Shown piece after piece: positions 51,859 through 61,412 of a stretch of DNA of 64,000 bases. The stretch covers positions 151,871 to 215,870 of IMG/VR virus record IMGVR_UViG_3300018891_000001. The stretch is one strand, 5' to 3'. The notes below the pieces were generated by a model. It was not told the origin of the DNA, did no database searches, and was given only the letters and a program-made list of their open reading frames with translations. The position numbers and the translations under genes were made by a program. How positions within the stretch are numbered: the stretch's first letter is position 1; the number at the start of each line of letters is the position of its first letter.

Positions 51859-52377
51859 TTATTTTGTTTTCACTATATAAGCAACTGTTCCATCATCGAG
51901 AGGTTGTGACACAACAATCTTTCTTGGATCCAAACCTGCTTGAGCGGCATGAGCTTTTCGAAGTTCTTCTTCTAATTGATCAATTTTTTGATAAAGTAAT
52001 TCCTTATCCCTCTTGAGTTGCTCAATTTGTGCCTCTTTGGTTTTTAATATCGTTTCAAAGCGATTTGCACTTGAACTCAATTCATCAATCATCTTAAAAA
52101 TCTCATGCACTTGCTTGTCCGGATCCGGAATCCCATAATATACGATTTCATTGGATTCCGATTTCTCTACAGATGGAACAATGCCTATGACCCCCTGTTT
52201 ACGTAATTTTTTCACAGCACGATGAACTGTGGCTTCACTGAGTCCCAATTTTTCACCGATTTGCTTCATAGGCTCCCGTATTGGGCCCTCTTTCCTTTCG
52301 GTTTGTTCTTTAATATACTGGTAAACCTGAATTTCACTTTGACTCAGAATTTCCAATACCTGTTCTTCTGTCAACAT
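51859..52377 (-). CDS. Winged-HTH regulator with coiled coil
   Basis: MKQIGEKLGLSEATVHRAVKKLRKQGVI. Confidence 0.8.
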   Translation of the reverse strand: MLTEEQVLEILSQSEIQVYQYIKEQTERKEGPIREPMKQIGEKLGLSEATVHRAVKKLRKQGVIGIVPSVEKSESNEIVYYGIPDPDKQVHEIFKMIDELSSSANRFETILKTKEAQIEQLKRDKELLYQKIDQLEEELRKAHAAQAGLDPRKIVVSQPLDDGTVAYIVKTK

Positions 52378-52399
52378 CCTTGATACAACCCCTTTTCTC

Positions 52400-52760
52400 T
52401 TTGTAATACATTACACATTATGAGTGATTATCTAGTAATATACCTCATTTAAAAATAATTTAAACATAATGCATTACAGTTTATCAAGGATTTTCGACAA
52501 TTAGGTATATTTTACTTTAAATTCCTTTAAAATCCTGCGATTTATAGGACTTTATTCCTGCCTACTTGTTTAAATATACCCTTTTCAGCAATAAGTGTCA
52601 ATATTTCAAGGATAAACTATATTTCGCAAATTTCGACGTTAATCGACAGAACGTATGTTCCCATCAACTGTTCTGGTATTAATATACTCTGTTCGGTAAT
52701 AAGTGTCAATAGTTTGATAGCCTATCATATTTCGCAAATTTCGACATTCACCGACAAAAT
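52400..52760 (-). promoter_or_regulatory. Complex control region: duplicated sigma-A promoters, LexA box, Spo0A boxes, two operators
   Basis: TTGACA-N17-TATATT at 52573-52601 and 52681-52709; GAACGTATGTTC at 52649-60; TGTCGAA at 52493-99 and 52740-46. Confidence 0.75.
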
Positions 52761-52790
52761 TTATGATAAATTTGGTATTAGAGGCATATT

Positions 52791-53072
52791 TTAGAAACAG
52801 GATAAATCGATTTCTTGTTGTTTCTTGCGACGACGCTCTGTGCGACGACGTTCTTTTTCACGCTCAACAGCATCTATATCCACTACACCAATGCCACGTA
52901 TACGAGCAATTTCCATAATCTCATCAATATTATAGACACGATAGTTATTTCTCGGATTGCGTCGAGCTGGGGGAATTAGATGATTTTCCTCCCAATACAT
53001 GATGGTATCTCGGTGAACAGCTAGCATGAGTGCTGCTTGATTTAGTGTGTAATCCTGTTTGTATTCCTTCAT
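52791..53072 (-). CDS. MerR-type HTH protein
   Basis: AA.ML.VH.DTI.YWE...LIP..R...NYRVY. Confidence 0.8.
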   Translation of the reverse strand: MKEYKQDYTLNQAALMLAVHRDTIMYWEENHLIPPARRNPRNNYRVYNIDEIMEIARIRGIGVVDIDAVEREKERRRTERRRKKQQEIDLSCF

Positions 53073-53087
53073 TTGTTACGAACTCCT

Positions 53088-53702
53088 TTACAGTTTACTC
53101 TCCACCTTCTGCTTTGCTCGTAACATATGATGACAATACTCTTGAAACCATTCTTGACTGCTCATAGTATACAACGTTCGATACGTCGTAATCATTTCAT
53201 ACCGATCGAGAAGGACAGATGTATAACCTGCACAATTGATAGAAGGATCAAAGTGTTTACCAACATCATAGCCTAATGCAATAATCATTTGTGGTTGCAC
53301 ACATAAAATTTCCGATAACAAATGATGTTGACAGCGTTCAGGAGTTGAACTTTCTTCACATTTGATTAAAGATGTAAAATACACATCATCTAATGAAAAC
53401 TTTGCCCATATCAATGTATCAGCCAGCAGCTTACCTTCTTTGGTTTGGAAATCGATATCACTGGGTGTTTCTCCAATAATCATGACAGACGCATCAAAGT
53501 TGCTTAATTCTAATGGTTTAACATATCGTCTATTATTGCAAGCAAAGCATTGGTGAATGCTTGTTTTAATATGATGTGGTGTTACAGTTTTGTACATATG
53601 TTCTTTATCAAGAATTTGATCATAAAATCCTGGCTCAAGAGCCGTTTTCCGAAATAGATCGGTTTCCAAATCAAAGGGCAGGTTTTTCTCGATTACTGAC
53701 AT
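53088..53702 (-). CDS. Uracil-DNA glycosylase family 4-like protein (degenerate)
   Basis: C..C, MIIGETP, YFTSLIKC, C...L..EI..VQP..IIALG. Confidence 0.7.
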   Translation of the reverse strand: MSVIEKNLPFDLETDLFRKTALEPGFYDQILDKEHMYKTVTPHHIKTSIHQCFACNNRRYVKPLELSNFDASVMIIGETPSDIDFQTKEGKLLADTLIWAKFSLDDVYFTSLIKCEESSTPERCQHHLLSEILCVQPQMIIALGYDVGKHFDPSINCAGYTSVLLDRYEMITTYRTLYTMSSQEWFQEYCHHMLRAKQKVESKL

Positions 53703-53740
53703 CTTGACCCCTCCTCACATAAGGGAGCAAAAAGCTCCCT

Positions 53741-54919
53741 TTAGACTAACGTATTTTCATGATATTCTGAGTCTAGTTCTTCTTGAGAATCATCTTGCTC
53801 AACCACGAATTGAGCATCTTTTGGAATACGACCCTGTACAATATCATTAATATAGTTAAATAGAGCCGGGGATTGTTTTAAAACCGCTTCAACGGTGTCT
53901 TTCCCCATCCATTTAAGTTCATTTCCTGAAGCATCTTTGTATGGATTTTTGACATCTTCTCCTAAGTAATACCATGCTCCTGCACGTTTAATAATATCCA
54001 TATCCATAGCTACATTCATAATATCTTTAATAACATCAATTCCTGTATCCCAATAATAATCAAATTCCGCTTGAGTGAACGGACGAGATACCTTATTCTT
54101 TTTCACACTAATTGTGATCGTTTGGCCAATAAAGGCATCTCCTTTTTTGATTTCTTTTCGACGCACATCCAAACGAACAGAAGAATAAAACTTCAATGCA
54201 CGGCCACCCGGTGTAGTCTCTGGATTCCCATACATTACGCCGACTTTTTCTCGAATCTGGTTAATCATAATGACTAAACAATTATGTTTGTAAGCCAATT
54301 GTGCTATCTTTGGCAAACACTTAGAATTTAAGCGAGCTTGTAATCCAATATGATTATCTTCTGCAGATCCATCAATAACAGCTTTAGGAATGAATGATGG
54401 TAAACTATCACCAACAATCAAGCCCACTTGATTAGAAAGAATCAGTGTTTCCATTAAGTCATAGCCTTCTTCGCCACAGTTTGGTTGTGCAATTAGCATA
54501 CCTGTTTCTTTTGAAATATCCACTCCAAGAGCTTTTGCATGGAATGGGTCTAAGGCATGTTCCGCATCAATGAAAACCGCTTTTTTGCCGTAAAATGGAT
54601 GACCCGGTTGTTTTGCATAATACTGAAATGTAGCAACCGTTTTTAAAGCTACCGTTGTTTTTCCAGAGGATTCTGGTCCATAGATTTCTACCAATCGTCC
54701 CCACGGAAGGCCGCCAATTCCTAAAGCGAAATCTAAGGAAGGGATTCCCGTAGATACAGGCTGGACCTTAACAGTCTCTTCTCCTTCAAATGTATAAATA
54801 GAACCTTCTCCCATTCGCTTATTAATCATGGCAATTAAATCGGCATTACTAGCCATTCCTGTTGATGAAGTTTCAGTTGTGCTTGTTGCTTGTTTATCAT
54901 CTTTCTTCTTTCTGGTCAT
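53741..54919 (-). CDS. recA: Recombinase RecA
   Basis: GPESSGKTT, FIDAEHALD, INQIREKVGVMYGNPETTPGGRALKFYSSVR. Confidence 0.97.
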   Translation of the reverse strand: MTRKKKDDKQATSTTETSSTGMASNADLIAMINKRMGEGSIYTFEGEETVKVQPVSTGIPSLDFALGIGGLPWGRLVEIYGPESSGKTTVALKTVATFQYYAKQPGHPFYGKKAVFIDAEHALDPFHAKALGVDISKETGMLIAQPNCGEEGYDLMETLILSNQVGLIVGDSLPSFIPKAVIDGSAEDNHIGLQARLNSKCLPKIAQLAYKHNCLVIMINQIREKVGVMYGNPETTPGGRALKFYSSVRLDVRRKEIKKGDAFIGQTITISVKKNKVSRPFTQAEFDYYWDTGIDVIKDIMNVAMDMDIIKRAGAWYYLGEDVKNPYKDASGNELKWMGKDTVEAVLKQSPALFNYINDIVQGRIPKDAQFVVEQDDSQEELDSEYHENTLV

Positions 54920-55316
54920 TTATGTCACTCCATCCTTTATAAGTCTCAATAAATTGGTCAATAGCATCTTTTGCCGCTTTTAAATCCCGAAGCGGCTGTA
55001 AATACGCTTCATCAATTTCTATAGGTTGCTGTGTGGCATTTGCCTTTTGCTGCATTGTTCGAATTTGTTTAGTCATATGAGCTCCACGGTATTGAAGAAT
55101 TCGTGACATCCATTGAGCCATGACAATAAGCATGTGATCAGGAACTTCTTCTTCTTGTTTCATGATTTTGACACACTCTTCAAGTGTATTATCAATCATA
55201 CGTACCTTGGCTGTCTTTTTTGGCATACCTCGGTCATGATAATAATCAAAAATTCCATACATAAATCGAGCCAAAGAATTGGCAGGATTAGGCTTTTTGC
55301 GTGCCAAGTGATTCAC
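54897..55316 (-). CDS. Hypothetical protein
   Basis: ORF overlapping the recA start. Confidence 0.55.
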   Translation of the reverse strand: MNHLARKKPNPANSLARFMYGIFDYYHDRGMPKKTAKVRMIDNTLEECVKIMKQEEEVPDHMLIVMAQWMSRILQYRGAHMTKQIRTMQQKANATQQPIEIDEAYLQPLRDLKAAKDAIDQFIETYKGWSDINDQKEER

Positions 55317-55390
55317 TCCATTCTATATACGGCAAAATATGACGAGGTATTATAGGAAATACATCAAAGGGGGAACATCCCCCCTTTGTT

Positions 55391-56143
55391 TTAAGCTCCT
55401 TGTGGTGGGGCTGGCGGAAATCCGCCATTTGGTGCACCTACTGGAGCTCCATAACCGCCACCTGGTGGGTTAGGTGGAAATCCTCCTTGCGGAGCAGGAG
55501 GTGTATTTGATTGCGCCGGATTTGGCGGGAATCCTCCTCCTTGTGGTGGAGCCGGAGGTGGTGTAAATCCTCCCTGTTGCTGTTGTGGAGATGGATTGAA
55601 ATTACCTTGTGGCGGTGCTTGGAATCCACCTTGATACTGTCCTGTTGGTTGTTGTTGTGCTCCTTCACTGCCTTTTGGCATTTCTAATCCTACAAGCTCA
55701 GTAACTTTAATAGTTGGATAATAACTATAAGAACCATCTTGATTCTTTTGTTGGCGAAGTTCAGGGATTCCTTCTACGAACACTCGACGACCTTTCGGAC
55801 AATGATTAATCAAGAAATTATATTTACTATCGGCTCCTTCGTTGCCCCATACTTCAATAAACCAAAAATCAGTTCCTGCTTTTTCGCTACGATGATTAAT
55901 TGCGATCTTAGATGTACCCACTTTTGAATTGTTTACTATTTTTGAAGTTGGATCCTGGGTTAAACGTCCAATGACTTTGATTTTGGCATAATTATCAAAT
56001 CCAGAGCCATTACGTTGACCATTAGATTGCTGATCCATCGGATAGCCGCCTTGATTTGGATACCCTTGATTTGAGTACCCTTGATTTCCATAAGACTGAT
56101 TTCCATAAGACTGATTTCCATAAGGTTGACCGTAGTTATTCAT
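55391..56143 (-). CDS. ssb: Single-stranded DNA-binding protein with low-complexity tails
   Basis: IGRLTQDP, TDFW.IEVWG, KG..V.VEG OB-fold. Confidence 0.85.
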   Translation of the reverse strand: MNNYGQPYGNQSYGNQSYGNQGYSNQGYPNQGGYPMDQQSNGQRNGSGFDNYAKIKVIGRLTQDPTSKIVNNSKVGTSKIAINHRSEKAGTDFWFIEVWGNEGADSKYNFLINHCPKGRRVFVEGIPELRQQKNQDGSYSYYPTIKVTELVGLEMPKGSEGAQQQPTGQYQGGFQAPPQGNFNPSPQQQQGGFTPPPAPPQGGGFPPNPAQSNTPPAPQGGFPPNPPGGGYGAPVGAPNGGFPPAPPQGA

Positions 56144-56179
56144 GTCATATACCTCCTAAAATAAAAAATTATTTTTCAC

Positions 56180-57013
56180 TTAATGTCCCGGAGGGGCTGA
56201 AAAAGATAAATAATAATAAATCACTTTGTCAGTTTTCTTGATATCTGTGACTACCAAAACATGAACAGTATGATCTTGAAACTGTACCTGCAACCTTTCT
56301 CCTATATGAATATCTCGGTTGACAGGATACATAAAATCATGCTCACTTTTATCTGGGAAAACTAACACATTTCTCATGAAATGTTGTCTCCATTCTTCCT
56401 AAAATCTTTTACATCATATGCAAAAACCGACACATCTCTTTTCTCTTTTCCTTGAATACGTCGGCTAATAATATTAACAAACCCTTCGATAAATACATCC
56501 TGACCAATTTGAAATTGATCCATAAAGGTGTTCATGATTTCTTCTGTCACAAACACATGAGTTTGACCCACTAAGTCATCTAAAATGACAATATACATAG
56601 GAAATTCTTCGTCAACCGGAGGAACTATGTTCAGAATTGTACCTCCTACGATCACTTCCTGTTCTTGCACAACTTGATACTTTAGTTGTTCTGAAAAATG
56701 TGTAACATGTTTCTTAAATTTACTCAGCTTTTGTTGAATGTTTAATTTACTCATGGGTTTTCCCTCGCTTTTTTATATATTCTGCATGCAATTCTGCAAC
56801 GAGGGCTTTTACTTCATGAGGATAAATAATACCTTTTCGAATCAATAAATTTAATAAGGCATTAACCAAGATATAAGAAGTGTGAATTTCGCTATCTCGA
56901 TTTAAAACCGCCTCTTCTTGGGGCGAAAATGGAATACTATCTCTGGCCGATTCACCAAACACTTGATCACGAAAATCAAAAAAATCATCATCTCTTTCCC
57001 CTAAAACAACCAT
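56180..57013 (-). other. Three small genes (56180-56377; 56374-56754 OB-fold-like; 56747-57013)
   Basis: Coupled ORFs; 56374 shows VGG.I...LDD.VG...V.IEG. Confidence 0.55.
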
Positions 57014-57027
57014 GTCTCCAACTCCTT

Positions 57028-57713
57028 TTATTTCTTATCCAGAATTTTGACTTGCACCATTACATCCCCCATTGAAACATGAGCATGAGGTACGTAATAG
57101 TCGATATCATACCCTTTGATCAAGCGACCTGTATCATCTGCTCGACGCTTTTCAGTGCGTCCATCCGGCCATTTAATAAGCACCCACGTACCAAGCGGAA
57201 TAATATTAGGATCTACAGCAATTGTAACTCCTTCTTCAGTAGGTCGCCCACTCGCAGTAATGCCATAGCCCGGATCGCCTGGACGTTTTCCAGTAGACTG
57301 ATAGTTATTATCATAAAAGGTTAAACGAAAATAAATCCATTCCCCTTCTCGTTGACCACGGAAAACTACGGGGTGCTTTTGAACTTTTTTTCTAATTCAG
57401 CTACCTTTTGCCTATAAACCTCTAATCTTCTCCGGAGGTCTTCAGTCTCCTTAGTTAGTCGATCGATTTCCATTTCAGACTGCTCTAATAAACCATTCAC
57501 CTTTTTCATTTCCTGATGTAATTGTTGATTTTCTTGAAAAAGGTCTTCATTTTTTTCAAGCACTTCTGTGTACTTTTCGCTCAACTTTTCGTGAGACTTA
57601 CGAACCTGTTTTAAGTCACTTTTGAACGAATAAAAATGAAGGGCTAGAGCAATAGAAGAAACCGTCGTTCCTGCTAGAATTAAGCGAGTTATCGTACGTG
57701 TCTTCTTCTTCAT
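57028..57713 (-). CDS. Membrane-anchored coiled-coil plus 3D-domain (lytic transglycosylase-like) protein via predicted -1 frameshift (~228 aa)
   Basis: A_AAA_AAG at 57390-57384; -1 frame encodes GITASG..IAVDP.IIPLG..ADDTG.LIKG..ID and has no start codon of its own upstream of the domain. Confidence 0.8.
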
Positions 57714-57819
57714 GCTTCGACTCCTTTATTTTATTCCCCTGTATCACTTCTCCCCAAGTTTATCATAAAACTTGGGGTAAATGCAAGGCATTACATCAAT
57801 ATATTACTTGTAATGCCTA

Positions 57820-59382
57820 TCAATAAAATATTTTCTTTAATAAAGAAAAAGTTTTCCCTAACTCTTGAAAGCATTGATAATCAATACAATAAATAATGTA
57901 AGCTAAAATTAGTTTGCATGCTTCTTCATTATTGTCTTTAGGAAATAAATATCCGCTTTGATAGATCTGTTGCTTAAATACATCACGTGTGATTCCACAT
58001 TCTTTTTCGATAAAAGAAGCAATTTCAGGGGTAGCTTTGATTCCTTGTTCGTTCCATAATTGAATAACATAGCAGCATTGAAAAAACAAAGAGGTGCTCA
58101 TGTATTGGTGCACTAATTCCATGTATTCACCTATACAAGTTGTTCTATTAGATCATGGTATTCCTCGCTTAATTCACCTTTCAATTCAGATAATATGTGA
58201 TCAAGCCCATAAAATCCCCAGCAACTATCAATGTGTTCTCCTTCATGTGTTTCAAGAATGTACCCGTAAATGTCTCCAGTTAAGTACTGATCATAAGTTT
58301 TGACTTCGGCTTCCAAAATATCTTCAGCTTGTTGAAGAGTCAAACCCTCTTTTTCTAAATCTTTTACAGGCACATAAATATATCCTACTTGTCCACTATC
58401 CCATGGACATGAAAAAGGAGAAGTTCTCATAGTAATCCCGCTGTGATCATATAAATAAAGCGGCAACATAACTACATGCTCCTCAATGGTATCCATTAAT
58501 TCGTCCATGCTCATTTCTTCCAATACTTCTTCTTCAAGTTCAGCTAATTCCATAGCTAGACTCTCTAAGAAATGACGAGGATCCGAATACGAATGAGAAT
58601 CACCTAAGTTATATCGATGATGAAAACAAACCATGGTACCTAAATTATCAAAATCTTGTCGTGGACTCCGAGCATCATCATCTTGTACAATCTTTAAAAT
58701 AAAATGTTCATTTTCAGCTTGTCGAACCACATAGCTCATCATTATGGCCTCCTTTTTATTGGTTTATTTTTTAATTGAGCATAGGCTCAAAATACAAACC
58801 TTGTTTGTCTTTGTTAATCATTATTCTTTTGTCTTTTTGCTTTCTTAAACTGTTGTTTTCCATAATAATAAGCAGCTTTTCCGACATCTCGACTTAATTG
58901 ACGTAAAAGAGCTGCTCCAGCCATTAGAGCAGCTTTTATCAGTACTTGCTTCATTCCTGATTCTCCTTCTCATGAGTTTCTGCAACACCCATTATTTCTT
59001 TTAAATCAGATAGCGGAAGAGCTTCATCATACAGATCAAAATATTCAAATTCCTCATAATACGGTGCCACAAAATCATGTACAACTTTATGAAAATCCGG
59101 CACTAGATCATAAGAAATGCGACCATCCTCATCCAGATACATAGGTTTATAATTCTTTGGATCGCATTCGTTAATCAGATTAAGATGTTCATCAAAAATC
59201 ATAAAATCGACATGATCACCAGGAATCATAAAATAGCAAATTTCCGGCAAAAAATAAGGCTGATATTGTTCTTGAATCAGCTTAGGAAAATGATTAGCAA
59301 AATCCTCTCGCAAATTATCGATATATTGCTGTTTTATTTTAAGATATTCTTGATGCAAGCGTTGAGTTACTTCTGAGTACAC
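57820..59382 (-). other. Hypothetical genes (57820-58122, 58131-58742, 58951-59382)
   Basis: ORFs with SD; 58131 carries a LYLYDHSG...WDSGQVG motif. Confidence 0.55.
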
Positions 59383-59397
59383 GAAGAAACCCTCCTT

Positions 59398-60570
59398 TTA
59401 TAAAACTAATACCAATTTATCACTAGAGCGAGTAATGGCTGTATATAACCAGCGATGATGTTCCTCGACACTTAGTACTTCATTAATAACCACTACTTTT
59501 TCCCACTGGGAGCCTTGCGATTTATGGCAAGTAATCACATATCCAAAATCAAATTCACAATAAACATTGTACTCATACGGAAGCAATTGATACTTATTTC
59601 CTTTGAAATGATCTTCAAGTAAATACAATTGTTCAAAACATTCATCTGTAAAATCAGGTTGGAATTTGATTTCAAATGCATCACGGGTAATTTCATAATT
59701 CTTTTCAAGTTCTTTCACTTCTTTTACAAATCCCGTCATACCATTGACTAAGCTGATCTCATGTATGTTTTTGCCCCAATTGTTTCGGGTGCAAATCAAT
59801 TTATCTCCCACTTGTGGAAGATCATCCGTAAAACCCAAATATCGACGAATGTCCTGATTTAAAGACTGACGTGTGCGATTATAACCACAAATAATTTGAT
59901 CGGCCGTCGTATACACCTTTTCTCGAATTGCCAGCCAGTCTCGCTGATTAATGACCAACACTTCCTTGCCGTACCATCCATAATCAATCTTTTTCTTGGT
60001 GCGAGCCAGCATGGATAAATGAATAATGGGGTTCCCTTCAGCTTGTCGGTGAATCTCCGTTAATGCAAAATCGGGATTATGAAACATTTGAACAAATTCT
60101 TCATTGCCCGCTTGAGAAACCGGTGGGAGTTGCCCCTGATCTCCGATAAACAAAATCTTTTTACCAAATGAACGCAAATCTTCCATAATCTGTCCATCCA
60201 CCATCGAAGCCTCATCGATCACAATGAGCTTGATATGAGCAAGTTCTTCTTTTTCTTTTTTAACAAATTGTGGCTTCCCTTTTGTATCGACATCCAATTT
60301 GTAAATTAATCGGTGAATGGTTTGGGCACGATAGCGGCCATCGGCTTTTTGTGTAAGCACCAGAGCTGCCTTTCCGGTATAGCAAGCAAATGCTACTCGA
60401 TTCAATCGTAAACCTAATTGTTCAATCACATAATTGACTAATGTAGACTTCCCGGTTCCGGCATATCCTGCGAGAAAAAATGTATCTTTTGAACTATGTT
60501 TATACCAATGTACAATCCGATTAACAGCTTCTTGTTGCATCGGAGTTAATATAATTGAAGATACTGTCAT
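59398..60570 (-). CDS. RecD/Dda-like SF1B helicase
   Basis: GYAGTGKS, IDEASM, GD.GQLPPV, LTEIHRQ, TCHKSQGSQW, LYTAITR. Confidence 0.9.
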   Translation of the reverse strand: MTVSSIILTPMQQEAVNRIVHWYKHSSKDTFFLAGYAGTGKSTLVNYVIEQLGLRLNRVAFACYTGKAALVLTQKADGRYRAQTIHRLIYKLDVDTKGKPQFVKKEKEELAHIKLIVIDEASMVDGQIMEDLRSFGKKILFIGDQGQLPPVSQAGNEEFVQMFHNPDFALTEIHRQAEGNPIIHLSMLARTKKKIDYGWYGKEVLVINQRDWLAIREKVYTTADQIICGYNRTRQSLNQDIRRYLGFTDDLPQVGDKLICTRNNWGKNIHEISLVNGMTGFVKEVKELEKNYEITRDAFEIKFQPDFTDECFEQLYLLEDHFKGNKYQLLPYEYNVYCEFDFGYVITCHKSQGSQWEKVVVINEVLSVEEHHRWLYTAITRSSDKLVLVL

Positions 60571-60634
60571 TTTAAATCCTCCTTACATGAGATCACCACC
60601 TATATTTCCACGAAATTCCCCGGAGGGGGGAAGG

Positions 60635-61051
60635 TTATTCTAAAACATAAAATGTGCCTTCAATTAATTCTTTCATGGTCATCACATTATCAGGGGACAT
60701 CAGAATCGCCATAAATGGATTGTCTTGCGATACAAATGAAATATCCTCGTTTTTTTGTAAAATGCGGTAAAACTCGCCAACTTGCACTTTGACTTTTTTA
60801 CCTTCTTTATAAGCAGTTAAAAACTCCTGAAGTGATACTTCTTTTTGCGCTTCAATGAGTTGAACTCTAGTGTTTAATAAATCTTTTATAAGCACAATCG
60901 GCTCTCCAGTACGACAATTCACAATCATGTCATCAACTTTTGCAACCGTCATGCCATACAAACTGTTATCTGTTGTGACCCGTGCTTTTTGTCCGTTTGG
61001 AAAATGATCTGAAAGTAAATCAAAAAGTGTAATAGATTTTGTTGATGTCAT
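60635..61051 (-). CDS. Hypothetical protein
   Basis: AAGGAG SD. Confidence 0.6.
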   Translation of the reverse strand: MTSTKSITLFDLLSDHFPNGQKARVTTDNSLYGMTVAKVDDMIVNCRTGEPIVLIKDLLNTRVQLIEAQKEVSLQEFLTAYKEGKKVKVQVGEFYRILQKNEDISFVSQDNPFMAILMSPDNVMTMKELIEGTFYVLE

Positions 61052-61209
61052 TCTTACTGCTCCTTTACTATATTTTCACCAAACACCCCGGAGGGGGACT
61101 ATGATGGTTTATTTTCTTTTCCTTCTCCTAAGCTATTATAAAAATCTCTAAATTCTGATGAAACATTTACTGCCTTATAAATGCGTATATTAATAGCACC
61201 CTCTCCCGA

Positions 61210-61392
61210 TTACTTGTAGAATAATACCGGAGAACCTGAACCATGTTTGTATAACTCATCTCTAACTTCATCTTTTGACCACCCTCTTCGCAGTAGTTCA
61301 CGAACCGCATCATCTCTAATACTATCCGGCGTACGATTACTCAAATGGTTCAAAATTGTATGAACGTCATCTTTTTCATCAAACCAACTCAT
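61210..61392 (-). CDS. Hypothetical protein
   Basis: AAAGGA SD. Confidence 0.5.
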   Translation of the reverse strand: MSWFDEKDDVHTILNHLSNRTPDSIRDDAVRELLRRGWSKDEVRDELYKHGSGSPVLFYK

Positions 61393-61412
61393 TGGTATAA
61401 TTTCCTTTCTGT

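Noticed and set aside
52438-52450. 13-nt complementarity between helix-2 loop and the regulator leader
   Set aside because: An AT-rich match of this length is expected about once by chance across the loops and window
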